Positions 46,043-55,996 of a stretch of DNA of 64,000 nucleotides are shown in pieces (position 1 is the stretch's first letter; the number at the start of each line of letters is the position of its first letter). Below the pieces are notes generated by a model. It had not been told where the DNA came from, ran no database searches, and saw only the letters and a list, made by a program, of their open reading frames with translations. The stretch covers positions 25,869 to 89,868 of the forward strand of contig JAJYDW010000003.1 in the NCBI GenBank assembly GCA_021790385.1. Direction: 5' to 3'. The translations under genes were made by a program, and so were the position numbers. The stretch comes from Planctomycetota bacterium (GTDB lineage: Bacteria; Planctomycetota; Phycisphaerae; WQYP01).

Positions 46043-46894
46043 TTAAGTTTCGCGTAACCTTTTACGGACCATCCGCACCGCCGCTGCAGAAATATCGCTG
46101 CCGGTATAGAATCGCCCCAGCCGCCTGGCTGCCGTCAGAGTCGTGCCCGATCCGCAAAAATAGTCTGCCACCACTCCTTCCGGTGGGCAAAAAGCTGAAA
46201 TCAAAAGCTCCAGCAACGCCAGCGGCTTTTGTGTCGGAAATCCTGTACGTTCTCCCGCCATCGGGTTCAGCGCCGGTATGGTAATCACATCATCAGGATT
46301 TTTGTGCGTATGCTGCCTCGATATCCGCGCCCCTTTTGACCATCTGGCTCGGTGCAGGGCTTTGGGACTGCGCGGCGCAGCCACAACAGCAGCGTTAAAA
46401 TAATAAGTATCGCCCCGTCCATACACTAAAATAGTATCGTGCTTACGCGAAAAGTGCCGCTTGGAAGCTCCGCCGGTCTGGTAATGGCAGATCAACTCGT
46501 TGATCAACCTGTCAATACCAAAAATCTGATCCAACATTACCTTCACATAATGTACGATATGCCAATCCAGATGCACCAGCAGTACCCCCTCCGGCCGAAG
46601 CACTCTATGCATCAACCGCACCCGCTGCTCTAGAAATTCCAAATAGGCAACATGCCCGCCCTTCCAGCGGTCGTCAAAGTGCAAAGCTCCGGGCCGCGTT
46701 GCTTCCTGCCGCCCCCGGCCATGGAACTTGCGCTTGGTATAATAAGGTGGATCAATATAAATAAAATCAACGCTGCTGGGTCTGGAGTTCTGCAGAACAA
46801 TCCGACAATCATTGCAGTACAAGCCGCGGCTGCGGTTGCCTGCGATGGGTTGGTAACCACCATCCTCTGACTCGGCAAGAAGCTTCAAGTCCAT
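46043..46894 (-). CDS. Site-specific DNA methyltransferase, beta-class N6/N4 type (motif IV before motif I)
   Basis: Motif IV is DFIYIDPPYY and motif I is VADYFCGSGTTLTAARRLGR. DPPY favours N6-adenine specificity. Confidence 0.88.
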   Translation of the reverse strand: MDLKLLAESEDGGYQPIAGNRSRGLYCNDCRIVLQNSRPSSVDFIYIDPPYYTKRKFHGRGRQEATRPGALHFDDRWKGGHVAYLEFLEQRVRLMHRVLRPEGVLLVHLDWHIVHYVKVMLDQIFGIDRLINELICHYQTGGASKRHFSRKHDTILVYGRGDTYYFNAAVVAAPRSPKALHRARWSKGARISRQHTHKNPDDVITIPALNPMAGERTGFPTQKPLALLELLISAFCPPEGVVADYFCGSGTTLTAARRLGRFYTGSDISAAAVRMVRKRLRET

Positions 46895-46991
46895 CTTTTC
46901 CAGTCATTCGACCATCGGCGAACTTGGCCTTGATCCGCGTTGCACAACCGCACTGGCGGGTATCATACCGGCCTTAAACTTGGGCTTAAGT

Positions 46992-47627
46992 CTATTTCAG
47001 TTCCACATTCCAATAGGCATGGTCCAGAAAATGCTTCCAGGAAGAATATTTGTCGGACCCCAACCGAATGTTGATAACCGGGTTGCGCTTCGGCTTTTGT
47101 GGCGTGCGGCTTAAGTGCATCGAGGCTTGCGCCGGCGTGCGCCCCCCTTTTTTCGCATTGCAATATACGCATGCACACACCAGATTTTCCCACGTGGTCT
47201 TGCCGCCCAGCGATCTGGGAATCACGTGATCCAATGATAGTTCATTGGTGGTAAATTTTTTGCCGCAGTATTGGCACAGCGAATTATCCCGTGCATAGAT
47301 GTTGCGCCGCGTAAGTTTAACATCCTGCTTGGGCAGCCGGTCATAGCCGAGCAGACGAATAATTCGGGGTACCGCAATTTCATACCGTACGGTGCGTACA
47401 AAATCATGAGACTCGCGTTCGTATTGAGCCTTGAGCACGGAAATTTCCAGCCAACCTTCAATGTTGTAGGCAAGGTAGCAGTTATTTTCCACCGAAATAA
47501 CTTCCGCCATCTCTTTGAGGAGCATGGCAAACGCCCGCCTTGCGCTGGTTACGCGAATGGGCATGTATAGCCGGTTCAACACCAGTACATTACAGGAAAG
47601 ACCCGAAGATGACAGCGATTCTGACAT
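46992..47627 (-). CDS. HNH endonuclease-family protein (McrA-like, with a conserved N-terminal domain)
   Basis: The HNH core is CQYCGKKFTTNELSLDHVIPRSLGGKTTWENLVCACVYCNAKKGGRTP. The N-terminus NVLVLNRLYMPIRVTSARRA resembles a widespread family of about 180 aa. Confidence 0.87.
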   Translation of the reverse strand: MSESLSSSGLSCNVLVLNRLYMPIRVTSARRAFAMLLKEMAEVISVENNCYLAYNIEGWLEISVLKAQYERESHDFVRTVRYEIAVPRIIRLLGYDRLPKQDVKLTRRNIYARDNSLCQYCGKKFTTNELSLDHVIPRSLGGKTTWENLVCACVYCNAKKGGRTPAQASMHLSRTPQKPKRNPVINIRLGSDKYSSWKHFLDHAYWNVELK

Positions 47628-47933
47628 CTAAACGCTCCGTGGCAGCCGTCGCCGCTGGCAACCCTGATGCTTAATCCTCAGGGTATCATCCGCGGTTGCC
47701 TGGCCATCCACACTTGCACCTGGGCAAGCAATAGGCTTGGCAACCACGAATCGACCGCCTGTGCTGCCTATTTTGTAATCCAAGACCGGAATTATCACAA
47801 GCCAGCCGGAAAGCCATAGCCGCCGCATGGTTGCATCTAACGCCCACTCCGGCTACAAACTGCCCATGCACAGGTGACGCAAGCATCTTTGGCGCTTGGC
47901 AACGGCACTTGCACTACGGCCTTAGGTAACCCT

Positions 47934-48006
<73 letters not shown>

Positions 48007-48023
48007 TTGGCCAATTGCCCGCA

Positions 48024-48500
48024 TTACCAGCGCATTTTGTTGCCGCAGCCGTCGTGGAACTGCCCTGTTACAATCATAAGCAAGTCCATAAGCCACCACA
48101 GCATTGTGATAAACATACCATAAAATGTAAACGTCAGCACCAACATGATCGCACCGCTGAGAAACCTGCCGGCGTAAAATCGGTGCACCCCAAGGTAGCC
48201 AAGTAGTACACACAGCAACAGCGTAAAGAGCGTACTTTTGGTTGCCGGTCCGGTCGGCGGTGCGGCCTGGCCTTCCCGAAAATGCCCTCCGTTGTGCACA
48301 CCCGTATGATAACCCGAATGTGATGTGTAAAAAATGCCCGTGCCCGGCATGCCAACGGTCTTTCTTACCCCGGTGCGTCCCACCGTAATATGCGCTCCGC
48401 GTACGCCGCACGAAAGTGAAGCACCTCCCTTGCTTAAGTTCATCGTCAACCCCGACGCAATCTTGATTCGCCGAAAGAATCGCACGTACGCCATTTTCAC
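48024..48500 (-). CDS. DUF4236 plus TM2-domain membrane protein
   Basis: The N-terminus FRRIKIASGLTMNLSKGGASLSCGVRGAHITVGRTGVRKTVGMPGTGIFY is DUF4236-like. The C-terminus LLGYLGVHRFYAGRFLSGAIMLVL is the TM2 motif. Confidence 0.7.
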   Translation of the reverse strand: MKMAYVRFFRRIKIASGLTMNLSKGGASLSCGVRGAHITVGRTGVRKTVGMPGTGIFYTSHSGYHTGVHNGGHFREGQAAPPTGPATKSTLFTLLLCVLLGYLGVHRFYAGRFLSGAIMLVLTFTFYGMFITMLWWLMDLLMIVTGQFHDGCGNKMRW

Positions 48501-48813
48501 GCCTCCGGTTTCCGCGGTTTGCTGGTCGATTGTTGCTTGGACCGCAATTTAACCCGCAAAAACGCCTTGTCAACAGTATGAATTCTCAAACCCCATACCG
48601 CAATATTGCTGTATGGCTACGATTTACGGTAATCCCGTCGGCTGCTTGGTAAGCTTCCCATATCCGGACACCGCCTTCAAAACGGTAACTTTGTTGGTGG
48701 GTCCGGTGGCGTTACAATGTCCCCGCCGGTTGGCAGTGGTGCCACTCTCGGCAGGCGTACTGGCCGCCGGGGAACAAATTTTCCCACAGCCTGTTTTGTC
48801 CTCCGGAGTATCA

Positions 48814-50895
48814 ATGCCCCATCCTAAAAGAAAAATCCTGGTCACCTCCGCATTGCCTTACGCCAATGGAGCTATCCACATCGGCCACCTGGTGGAATAC
48901 ATTCAGACCGATATCTGGGTGCGCTATCAACGGCTTTGCGGCCATGAGGTTGTCTATGTCTGCGGCGACGATGCCCACGGCACTCCCATTATGCTAAGGG
49001 CACGCAAAGAGGGGCTTTCGCCGGAAGATTTTATTGGTCGCATGAACAGCGAACATCAGAAAGATTTTGCCCGTTTTAACATCGCCTTTGACAGTTACTA
49101 CAGCACCCATTCTCCGGAAAACCAGGCCCTTTGTCTGCGTATCTACGAAATCCTTCGGGCGCAAGGGCATATCGTAACACGGGATGTGGAACAGTTTTTC
49201 GATCCCACAGAACACATTTTTCTGCCCGACCGTTTCATTCGCGGCACCTGCCCCAACTGCAAGGCGCCGGATCAATACGGTGATTCCTGCGAGCTCTGCG
49301 GCAAACATTACCAGCCTACGGATCTGATCAATCCACGCAGTGCCGTCAGCGGTGCCACACCTGTGCGCAAAACCAGCCGGCACTTTTTTCTGCGGCTGGA
49401 ACATTTTCGTCAGCAACTCCAGGCTTTACTCCAAACTCCGTTTGTGGATGAATCGGTGGCCAATAAATTGCGGGAATGGTTTGCCACCGAATTAAAAGAC
49501 TGGGATATTTCGCGCGATGCCCCTTTTTTTGGCTTTGCCATTCCCAACGAAAAGGACAAATATTTTTACAACTGGCTCGATGCCCCCGTCGGCTATCTGG
49601 CTTCGCTGGCTCATTACCTCAAGGCACCTGCGGAAGAAGCCATCGATTTCTGGCAAAATGAAAATGTCGAAATTCACCATTTTATCGGCAAGGATATCGT
49701 TTATTTCCACGCCCTGTTCTGGCCGGCCATGCTTCTGGGTGCGAAATTGCGCCCCCCCACCAAATTAGCCGTACATGGGCACCTTACCGTGAACGCGGAA
49801 AAAATGTCCAAAAGTCGCGGCACATTCATCAGTGCCGTCCAATACGCCCGCTATCTTGATCCGCAATGGCTGCGATACTATTTTGCCACACGCCTAAGTT
49901 CTGCACCATCTGACCTGGATTTGAGTTTTGATGATTTTACCGCACGTGTCAACAGCGAACTGGTGGGTAAACTGGCCAATCTCATCAGCCGGGCCGCTCC
50001 CATGCTCAACCGCCTGCTCAATGGAGAAACGGGCGTACCTGTGGAAGATGCCCTGCCGCTGTTGGAGCAAATCCGCCAGGCCAAGCCCGAAATTGCCCAG
50101 GCTTTTGAAGACCGTAACTTCGCCGCAGCCACACGCCATATCTGCTCTCTGGCTGATAAAGCCAATAAATTCGTCGAAGACAATGCCCCTTGGACGCTGG
50201 TAAAAACCGATACCCAGGCCGCCCGCGGCGTATTGACCGCCGCATTGGAAGCCGGGCGCATTTTAACCATTTACCTCAAAGCCATTGTTCCTCAATTTGC
50301 CCGCAGCGTGGAACAATGTCTCAACATTGAGCCGCTGGAATGGCGGCACATTGAAGACTCCATGCCTGCCCACAAAATTAACGCCTTTGCACATCTGGTG
50401 AGCCGCGTGGATGATAAAGCTGTGCAATCACTGATCCAGGAGAATATAATGCCCGACCCTTCCAGCACCACCCCATCATCCCCGATACCGCCGGCGACAG
50501 CAGCCGCGGCAGGCTCGTCCCCAGCCCCTTCATCGGCGGCTTCCGGCACGTTTGAGCCACTGGCCCCCGTCTGTACCATCGAACAATTCGCCGCGGTGGA
50601 CCTTCGCGTGGCCCGTGTGATTTCAGCCGAAGATCTGCCGGGCAGCGACAAGCTTCTGAAACTGCAGCTCGATGCCGGCGAGCTTGGACACCGCGTAGTT
50701 CTTGCCGGCATCAAAAAAGCCGTTGCTCCGGAACAGCTTCCCGGTCGCCTGGTGATATTTTGCGCCAATCTGGCCCCGCGCAAAATGAAACTTGGTACCA
50801 GCGAAGGTATGGTGCTGGCCAGCGGGCCGGGCGGCGCTGAAGTGTTTTTGCTTTCTGTGGATTCCAGAGCCACGCCCGGCCAGCGGGTGCATTAA
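48814..50895 (+). CDS. metG: Methionine--tRNA ligase with a C-terminal tRNA-binding (EMAP/Trbp111-like) domain
   Basis: Features are the HIGH motif (ALPYANGAIHIGHLVE), a zinc knuckle (CPNCKAPDQYGDSCELCG), KMSKS, and the C-terminus FAAVDLRVARVISAE...KLLKLQLDAG. The ATG at 48814 matches the homolog N-terminus. The track ORF from 48613 is an upstream extension. Confidence 0.95.
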   Translation: MPHPKRKILVTSALPYANGAIHIGHLVEYIQTDIWVRYQRLCGHEVVYVCGDDAHGTPIMLRARKEGLSPEDFIGRMNSEHQKDFARFNIAFDSYYSTHSPENQALCLRIYEILRAQGHIVTRDVEQFFDPTEHIFLPDRFIRGTCPNCKAPDQYGDSCELCGKHYQPTDLINPRSAVSGATPVRKTSRHFFLRLEHFRQQLQALLQTPFVDESVANKLREWFATELKDWDISRDAPFFGFAIPNEKDKYFYNWLDAPVGYLASLAHYLKAPAEEAIDFWQNENVEIHHFIGKDIVYFHALFWPAMLLGAKLRPPTKLAVHGHLTVNAEKMSKSRGTFISAVQYARYLDPQWLRYYFATRLSSAPSDLDLSFDDFTARVNSELVGKLANLISRAAPMLNRLLNGETGVPVEDALPLLEQIRQAKPEIAQAFEDRNFAAATRHICSLADKANKFVEDNAPWTLVKTDTQAARGVLTAALEAGRILTIYLKAIVPQFARSVEQCLNIEPLEWRHIEDSMPAHKINAFAHLVSRVDDKAVQSLIQENIMPDPSSTTPSSPIPPATAAAAGSSPAPSSAASGTFEPLAPVCTIEQFAAVDLRVARVISAEDLPGSDKLLKLQLDAGELGHRVVLAGIKKAVAPEQLPGRLVIFCANLAPRKMKLGTSEGMVLASGPGGAEVFLLSVDSRATPGQRVH

Positions 50896-50918
50896 ACCAC
50901 CAAACCGCTGTTCTGTTC

Positions 50919-51965
50919 ATGGTACCTGCCCAGGAGTATTCTGCCGTGCCGGTTAAATGCCTTGTCATGGGTCTGCAAAGCGTCGAAAAAAGCTGGCTTA
51001 AAGCCCTGGCTCAGGCCCAGAGCGACGGCATTATTGAAATTGTCGGGGCCCATCATGTAGATGTGGAACACGCCCGTGAACTCGGTCTGGCCCTGGATGT
51101 GCCATTTTTCGATGACGAACGCCGTATGTTGCTGGGAATTTCCCCGCAGATGCTGGTGCTGGATCGCCCCGCCAATACCCGTCTGGATTTTCTGGAAGCC
51201 AGCCTCAACCAGGGCATTGGAATTTTAAGCCTGGGGCCGCCCGTGGCCAATCTTGAAGAGGCCCGGAGACTCTCCAAACTCATCGAACCCACCACTCATC
51301 TGCTGCACGTAGTACCCTGCTTTTGTGATTCTTGGACGTTTGGCCAATGCATCCAATCGGAAGAATATTTTCGCTCTGTTTCCTTCCTGGAAGCCCGCTG
51401 GTACGCCCCCAATCACGCCGCAGCTCGCGCCGGGCATGTACCCGAGGATGCCTTCATAGTCCGATCTCTTTCCGTGCTGGCCTGGGATGTCCTGCGAACC
51501 ATCCTGGAAACCGCGGGCATGCCGGATTCCATTTACGCTACCATTGACGGCAGCACCGGAGCCAAAGACCACTTTCTCGACGCCAGCGGTGCCGCTGCCG
51601 TTACCATGCGGTTCGCCGGCGGAGGTGCGGCCAGCCTGGCCATTGCCGACCGCGCCAGGATCGCCGCACGTGATATTTTGCTTTACAGCCGCGCCGGCAG
51701 TGTGCGAATGCAGGATGACCAGTACCAATTTGCCGATGTCCACGCTGCCCCGGTGGATGCCGATACCATTCCCCGGCCATCCGCAGAGCAACTGGCCCGC
51801 CAGGCCATTGAAGATTTTGTCCGCCATTTTACCGCTGTTCCCTCATCCCACCGCGGCCGACGCCATCACCTGCTGGAAACCGCCGCCATGATGATGGCCA
51901 TGTTTGTTTCCAACCGCACCGGCCAGCCCGAATCTCCCCGGGCCATGATCAATATCCATCGCTGA
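50919..51965 (+). CDS. Hypothetical protein, possibly a Gfo/Idh/MocA-like oxidoreductase fold with a degenerate dinucleotide loop
   Basis: The N-terminal beta-alpha-beta pattern (VKCLVMGLQSVEKSWLKAL...IVGAHHVD...ARELG) lacks a clean GxGxxG. It lies 24 nt downstream of metG. Confidence 0.4.
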   Translation: MVPAQEYSAVPVKCLVMGLQSVEKSWLKALAQAQSDGIIEIVGAHHVDVEHARELGLALDVPFFDDERRMLLGISPQMLVLDRPANTRLDFLEASLNQGIGILSLGPPVANLEEARRLSKLIEPTTHLLHVVPCFCDSWTFGQCIQSEEYFRSVSFLEARWYAPNHAAARAGHVPEDAFIVRSLSVLAWDVLRTILETAGMPDSIYATIDGSTGAKDHFLDASGAAAVTMRFAGGGAASLAIADRARIAARDILLYSRAGSVRMQDDQYQFADVHAAPVDADTIPRPSAEQLARQAIEDFVRHFTAVPSSHRGRRHHLLETAAMMMAMFVSNRTGQPESPRAMINIHR

Positions 51966-52105
51966 GTTATCTCCCCCCACAAGACCGCGCATCAGCTTCC
52001 CCTGCCCTGCTACGCCCCCTTACCGCGTACCTAAAAGCGATGGCACCCCTTGTGGTGCGGGCTTCAAGCCTGCCCTGTCGCCCTTTGTGAACGGTTATCG
52101 GATCG

Positions 52106-53431
52106 TTACGTCGCGGTTGCCGGATGAATCACAGGCCTGGTCTCCCCCGCCTGCACCATGCGGGCCAACAGCCGACGCTGTAAATCTTGCCGCACACCGG
52201 CATGAGTCTTTGCTCCGACGAGGTTGTTAAGCTCCGCCGGGTCCGCCTCCAGGTCGTATAAATACTGTTCCATGTATTGGTCGGAGCAGGTGTCCTTCCA
52301 GCCTTTCTTATCCGGTGCCGTTACGCCGTATTTCCAGCGATGCGTGCGGATGGCCCGCCCCACCTGGCTTTCACTGATCTGCACAAATACCTCCTGCGGC
52401 CACGCCGGCGATCGGCCGCCCAACAGCGGCAAAATCGACCGCCCTTGCATCGCGGGCGGAATCGCAATGCCCGCGGCATCCAACAATGTCGGCGGAAGAT
52501 CAATCAGGCTTACCAATTGCCGCAGTTGACCACCACCTGTAAAAGGGCCTCCGTAAAACGCCGTCGGCACCCGGATTGCGCTTTCATGACAAGTTCGTTT
52601 ATACTCATCATTTCTGGTTTTGAAATGGTTCCCATGGTCCGACGTAAAAAGGATAACGGTGTTATCCATCAGGGCCAGGCTCTTGAGGGCATCACGAAGA
52701 CGCCCAAATGCTTCGTCGAGTCTTTTCACCATGCCCCAATATCCGCCTAAATGACGGGCCGCCGTGCCACCGAGTTCCTCCAAATCCGTCGGCATCCAGC
52801 GTCCCTGGTACCGCTCGCTGTAACCTTCGGGTGCCGGGTAATTATCGTATTCGTTCTGGTGGTGCGGTTCCAGAAACGACAAAAATAAGAAAAACGGGTC
52901 CTTCTGATTCGCCTCCACAAAGCGGATGGCGGCATCGGTCAGGCCATCTACGCGGTACCCCGGCAAACGCACCCGTTTCCCCTTGCCATCAAACATCTCG
53001 CAGCGGTACGAGTCGGATGAAAATTCCAGCAGATTCGCCGCCAGCCAATGCTGGTAGCCGCCCCGTTGCCCCACCGGTACAGGATCACGATCGGCCAGGT
53101 GCCACTTGCCTATGTAGCCCGTAGAATAACCAGCCTGCCGAAAATAATGGCCTAACATCTTCTGGTCCGGTTTGGGAATCATTCCATTGCGACAGCAACC
53201 CGTGGTCGTCGCATACAAACCGGTTTGCAGACAACTCCGCGCCGGGCCGCACACCGGCTGACAGGTAAAGGCGTTGAAGGCATGAGTGCCGCTGGCCGCC
53301 ATCGCGTCAAAATTGGGCGTCAACCCCAGCGGATTGCCATGCACCCCGGTGCTATCCCACCTCTGCTGATCGGTAAAAAATACAATCACATTCGGACGCT
53401 CTACTTTTTTCTTCATACAATTTTTCCTCAA
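52106..53431 (-). CDS. Sulfatase (formylglycine-dependent arylsulfatase family)
   Basis: Features are PNVIVFFTDQQRWD, the CxPxR maturation motif in QPVCGPARSCLQTG, and GKWHL. Confidence 0.9.
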   Translation of the reverse strand: MRKNCMKKKVERPNVIVFFTDQQRWDSTGVHGNPLGLTPNFDAMAASGTHAFNAFTCQPVCGPARSCLQTGLYATTTGCCRNGMIPKPDQKMLGHYFRQAGYSTGYIGKWHLADRDPVPVGQRGGYQHWLAANLLEFSSDSYRCEMFDGKGKRVRLPGYRVDGLTDAAIRFVEANQKDPFFLFLSFLEPHHQNEYDNYPAPEGYSERYQGRWMPTDLEELGGTAARHLGGYWGMVKRLDEAFGRLRDALKSLALMDNTVILFTSDHGNHFKTRNDEYKRTCHESAIRVPTAFYGGPFTGGGQLRQLVSLIDLPPTLLDAAGIAIPPAMQGRSILPLLGGRSPAWPQEVFVQISESQVGRAIRTHRWKYGVTAPDKKGWKDTCSDQYMEQYLYDLEADPAELNNLVGAKTHAGVRQDLQRRLLARMVQAGETRPVIHPATAT

Positions 53432-53501
53432 AATCGCCCACGCACCATGCCGGATACTGAAATATACAACAGCTTATGTCGCTCCCACCGACGCCACACG
53501 T

Positions 53502-55124
53502 TCACACCCCGCCTGTTCGCCTGGCAGTTATGCTACGCTGCACACCGCGCCGCCACAACAACCGCCAGCCGCCATCTGCTCCCCACTGGTAAAACGCCAG
53601 CGTTGCCACCGGCATCCATTCCACCAGAAACACCCATTCCGACATCCGCCATTGTCCTGTCGCATGGTAAATCATCCACACCTGGTAACTTAGCAGCACC
53701 GTCCACGAAAATACCCACGTACCCGAGTTCCATCCCAGCGGCAGCAATGCCAGCGGCCAAAGCACGTACCATGGATAAACCTGCGGCATCAGCATCAAAT
53801 ACAGCATCAACGTATGCCCCATCACCCGGGGGGCTGACCAGTGCCCACGCCATGCTGCGGTCAAAATGGCCGCCAGACCGCCCCACCACAACACCGCCAA
53901 AATCGGCCGTATCGGCCCCGTGTTTCCCTCAAAAGCCAGCCAGCGCAGCAGATGAAACACCAAGCCGTTGAATTCCCAGTTTTGGGCATATATCTGCATC
54001 GTACGGTAAAGGTCCGGCAGCCCGGTAATAAATGGCAGCAAACACACCAGCGTTACCAGAACATAAATCATTGCCGGCCGGCCCAGGCTCCGGAGTCCCG
54101 CTCGCCAATTTACCGGCGGATTGTCCTGCAAAAACCACAGCACAAATACCGGCACGGCAATCACTGCGTAAACCTTCACCATCAGCGAGAGTGCCATACA
54201 TGCCGCCGCCAGGTTCCAACTTTTTTTATAGCCCGCCCAGAACGCACCGATGAAAAAAAACACCCCCGGCGATTCCAGATGCCCATTGCCGGCAATTTCA
54301 ATAAGCACCAGCGGATTCCACGCATACAAAACCGCCCACCACAGGCTGCGTTTCATCTGTCCCAGAATTAGCAGCAGCAGAATCACCACGCCCACATCCG
54401 CTAATACGTGCATTCCCCGATACGGCCAGAATCGCGGGTTGCCTCCCAGCCGGAAAAATAACGCGTACCACTGCCGGGTGTTGCGCGGCGGTAGCCGGAC
54501 GGCACGCTCAAACCGCCCCGTCGCAATAAAATGCTTCTCTGCCCATGCCGCTGCCCCAAAGAGCATTTCCGATACCGGCCCGTAAATCGTCGGTACCTCG
54601 GCATTATTACTCATCCGATCCATTAAATCGTAAGGATAAGGGGCAACCTTGGCATAAGTTAGATTCCAGTTGGCCGGATGTGGTACGGCCACGTCGGTCG
54701 GCAGATAACGATACGGATTCATACCATGCAGCACCACGTGTCCATCACGCCGATACCGAAAATAATCATCCGATAGCGTCGGCACCCACCAGATCATCAT
54801 GGCCACACGCAGTCCCACCGCTACCAATAAAATAATGGCCACTGATAACCATGGCGGCAGTTTGATGGCCCCCGGCGGCGTGGTATGCAGCAGCCATGCC
54901 ATGGCCGATAAAAACAGCATCACCAACGCACTGCCTAGCCATAACTGCGGCATAATAGTTTTTTGGTCTACCTGAATTCCAATGCGCGTCAGCAGCGCCA
55001 GAGCGCAGAGTGTACCGGCCACAATGCCCACCCAAGCCAAGAACCGCAAGTGTCGGCCCGCGAATTTTGCAGGTTGAACTGGCTGTTTTGATTCCACCAT
55101 CAGCACCCCGTGGCCCGATGGCAA
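53502..55124 (-). CDS. Polytopic membrane protein, GT-C-type glycosyltransferase-like (DUF2029/mannosyltransferase-like)
   Basis: It has more than 10 predicted TM helices and an early loop with an acidic DD (LSDDYFRYRRDGH), as in polyprenyl-phosphate-sugar-dependent transferases. The family assignment is by eye. Confidence 0.5.
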   Translation of the reverse strand: MPSGHGVLMVESKQPVQPAKFAGRHLRFLAWVGIVAGTLCALALLTRIGIQVDQKTIMPQLWLGSALVMLFLSAMAWLLHTTPPGAIKLPPWLSVAIILLVAVGLRVAMMIWWVPTLSDDYFRYRRDGHVVLHGMNPYRYLPTDVAVPHPANWNLTYAKVAPYPYDLMDRMSNNAEVPTIYGPVSEMLFGAAAWAEKHFIATGRFERAVRLPPRNTRQWYALFFRLGGNPRFWPYRGMHVLADVGVVILLLLILGQMKRSLWWAVLYAWNPLVLIEIAGNGHLESPGVFFFIGAFWAGYKKSWNLAAACMALSLMVKVYAVIAVPVFVLWFLQDNPPVNWRAGLRSLGRPAMIYVLVTLVCLLPFITGLPDLYRTMQIYAQNWEFNGLVFHLLRWLAFEGNTGPIRPILAVLWWGGLAAILTAAWRGHWSAPRVMGHTLMLYLMLMPQVYPWYVLWPLALLPLGWNSGTWVFSWTVLLSYQVWMIYHATGQWRMSEWVFLVEWMPVATLAFYQWGADGGWRLLWRRGVQRSITARRTGGV

Positions 55125-55193
55125 TGCCCCGGCCCAAAGCCATGATAAAGCCCACCGGAGTTTGCGAAAATGGTGCGCCCATCTAAAACGCGG

Positions 55194-55724
55194 CTACGAC
55201 TGTGAGGACGCGGCTTTGGGGGTCAGGATCATGATCATGCGGTTGCCTTCCAGCCGCGGCTCGCGCTCGGTTTTACACATATTACCCAGATCGGTTCTAA
55301 ACCGATCCAGAATCTGCCGCCCCAGGTCCACGTGGGCCATCTCCCGGCCGCGAAACATCATGTTAAATTGCACCTTGTGCCCGTCTTCCAGAAACTTGCG
55401 GGCCTTGTTCATGGTGGTGTTCTGATCGTGAACGTCAATTTTCACACTGCGTATGCGCAATTCCTTGAGTTGAGTCACATGCGAACCGGCATGCGATTTT
55501 TGTTCCTTTTTGCGCTGCTTATACTTCCACTTGCCATAATCCATCACCCGACACACCGGTGGCTTCTCCATGGGAGAAACTTCCACCAGATCCATACCAG
55601 CTTCGCGGGCCGTGCGCATGGCCTCCACAATAGGTACGACGCCGATTTGCGTGTTATGCTGATCGATTAAACGGACCGGTGAAATACGAATCTGCTCGTT
55701 GCAACGCAACCCATGCTGACTAAT
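55194..55724 (-). CDS. infC: Translation initiation factor IF-3, probable ATT start
   Basis: NEQIRISPVRLIDQHNTQIGVVPIVEAMRTAREAGMDLVEVSP...PVCRVMDYGKWKYKQRKKEQ matches IF-3. There is no in-frame ATG near the N-terminus. The ATT at 55724 has a GGAG Shine-Dalgarno sequence 8 nt upstream. The alternative is the GTG at 55763. Confidence 0.9.
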   Translation of the reverse strand: MSQHGLRCNEQIRISPVRLIDQHNTQIGVVPIVEAMRTAREAGMDLVEVSPMEKPPVCRVMDYGKWKYKQRKKEQKSHAGSHVTQLKELRIRSVKIDVHDQNTTMNKARKFLEDGHKVQFNMMFRGREMAHVDLGRQILDRFRTDLGNMCKTEREPRLEGNRMIMILTPKAASSQS

Positions 55725-55803
55725 GGCATATGCTCCGAAAAAGACCTGTACCCCGCCAACCACTTATGACCACAGCCGACGATGGCGAGCCGTACAGTGT
55801 TTA

Positions 55804-55832
55804 TTGATACCCCAAAGCTCGCTTGCCGTCAA
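55804..55832 (-). promoter_or_regulatory. Candidate sigma70 promoter for infC (TTGACG-17 nt-TATCAA)
   Basis: The minus strand reads ttaatTTGACGgcaagcgagctttggggTATCAAtaaac, about 75 nt upstream of the ATT. Confidence 0.25.
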
Positions 55833-55996
55833 ATTAAATCTTTGCTGTCCTGCCCCAGTGTGGCGTAGGCATTCCTGCCGGCATCGATCGAGGTAAGGAA
55901 GACCGGTTGATTTCGGTCTCCCCTCCCGCCAAACCGGACGGGCGGCTCTCCCGCATCCAGCGTACCGGCCGATTGCCTTCTTACCGCTGCGGCCTC

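Noticed and set aside
47896-47913. A sigma54-like motif, TTGGCAACGGCACTTGCA, just upstream of the tRNA.
   Set aside because: - The GG-to-GC spacing is one nucleotide longer than the canonical TGGCAC-N5-TTGC.
- A sigma54 promoter for a tRNA gene is implausible.
- Similar TTGGCAAC strings recur nearby by chance.
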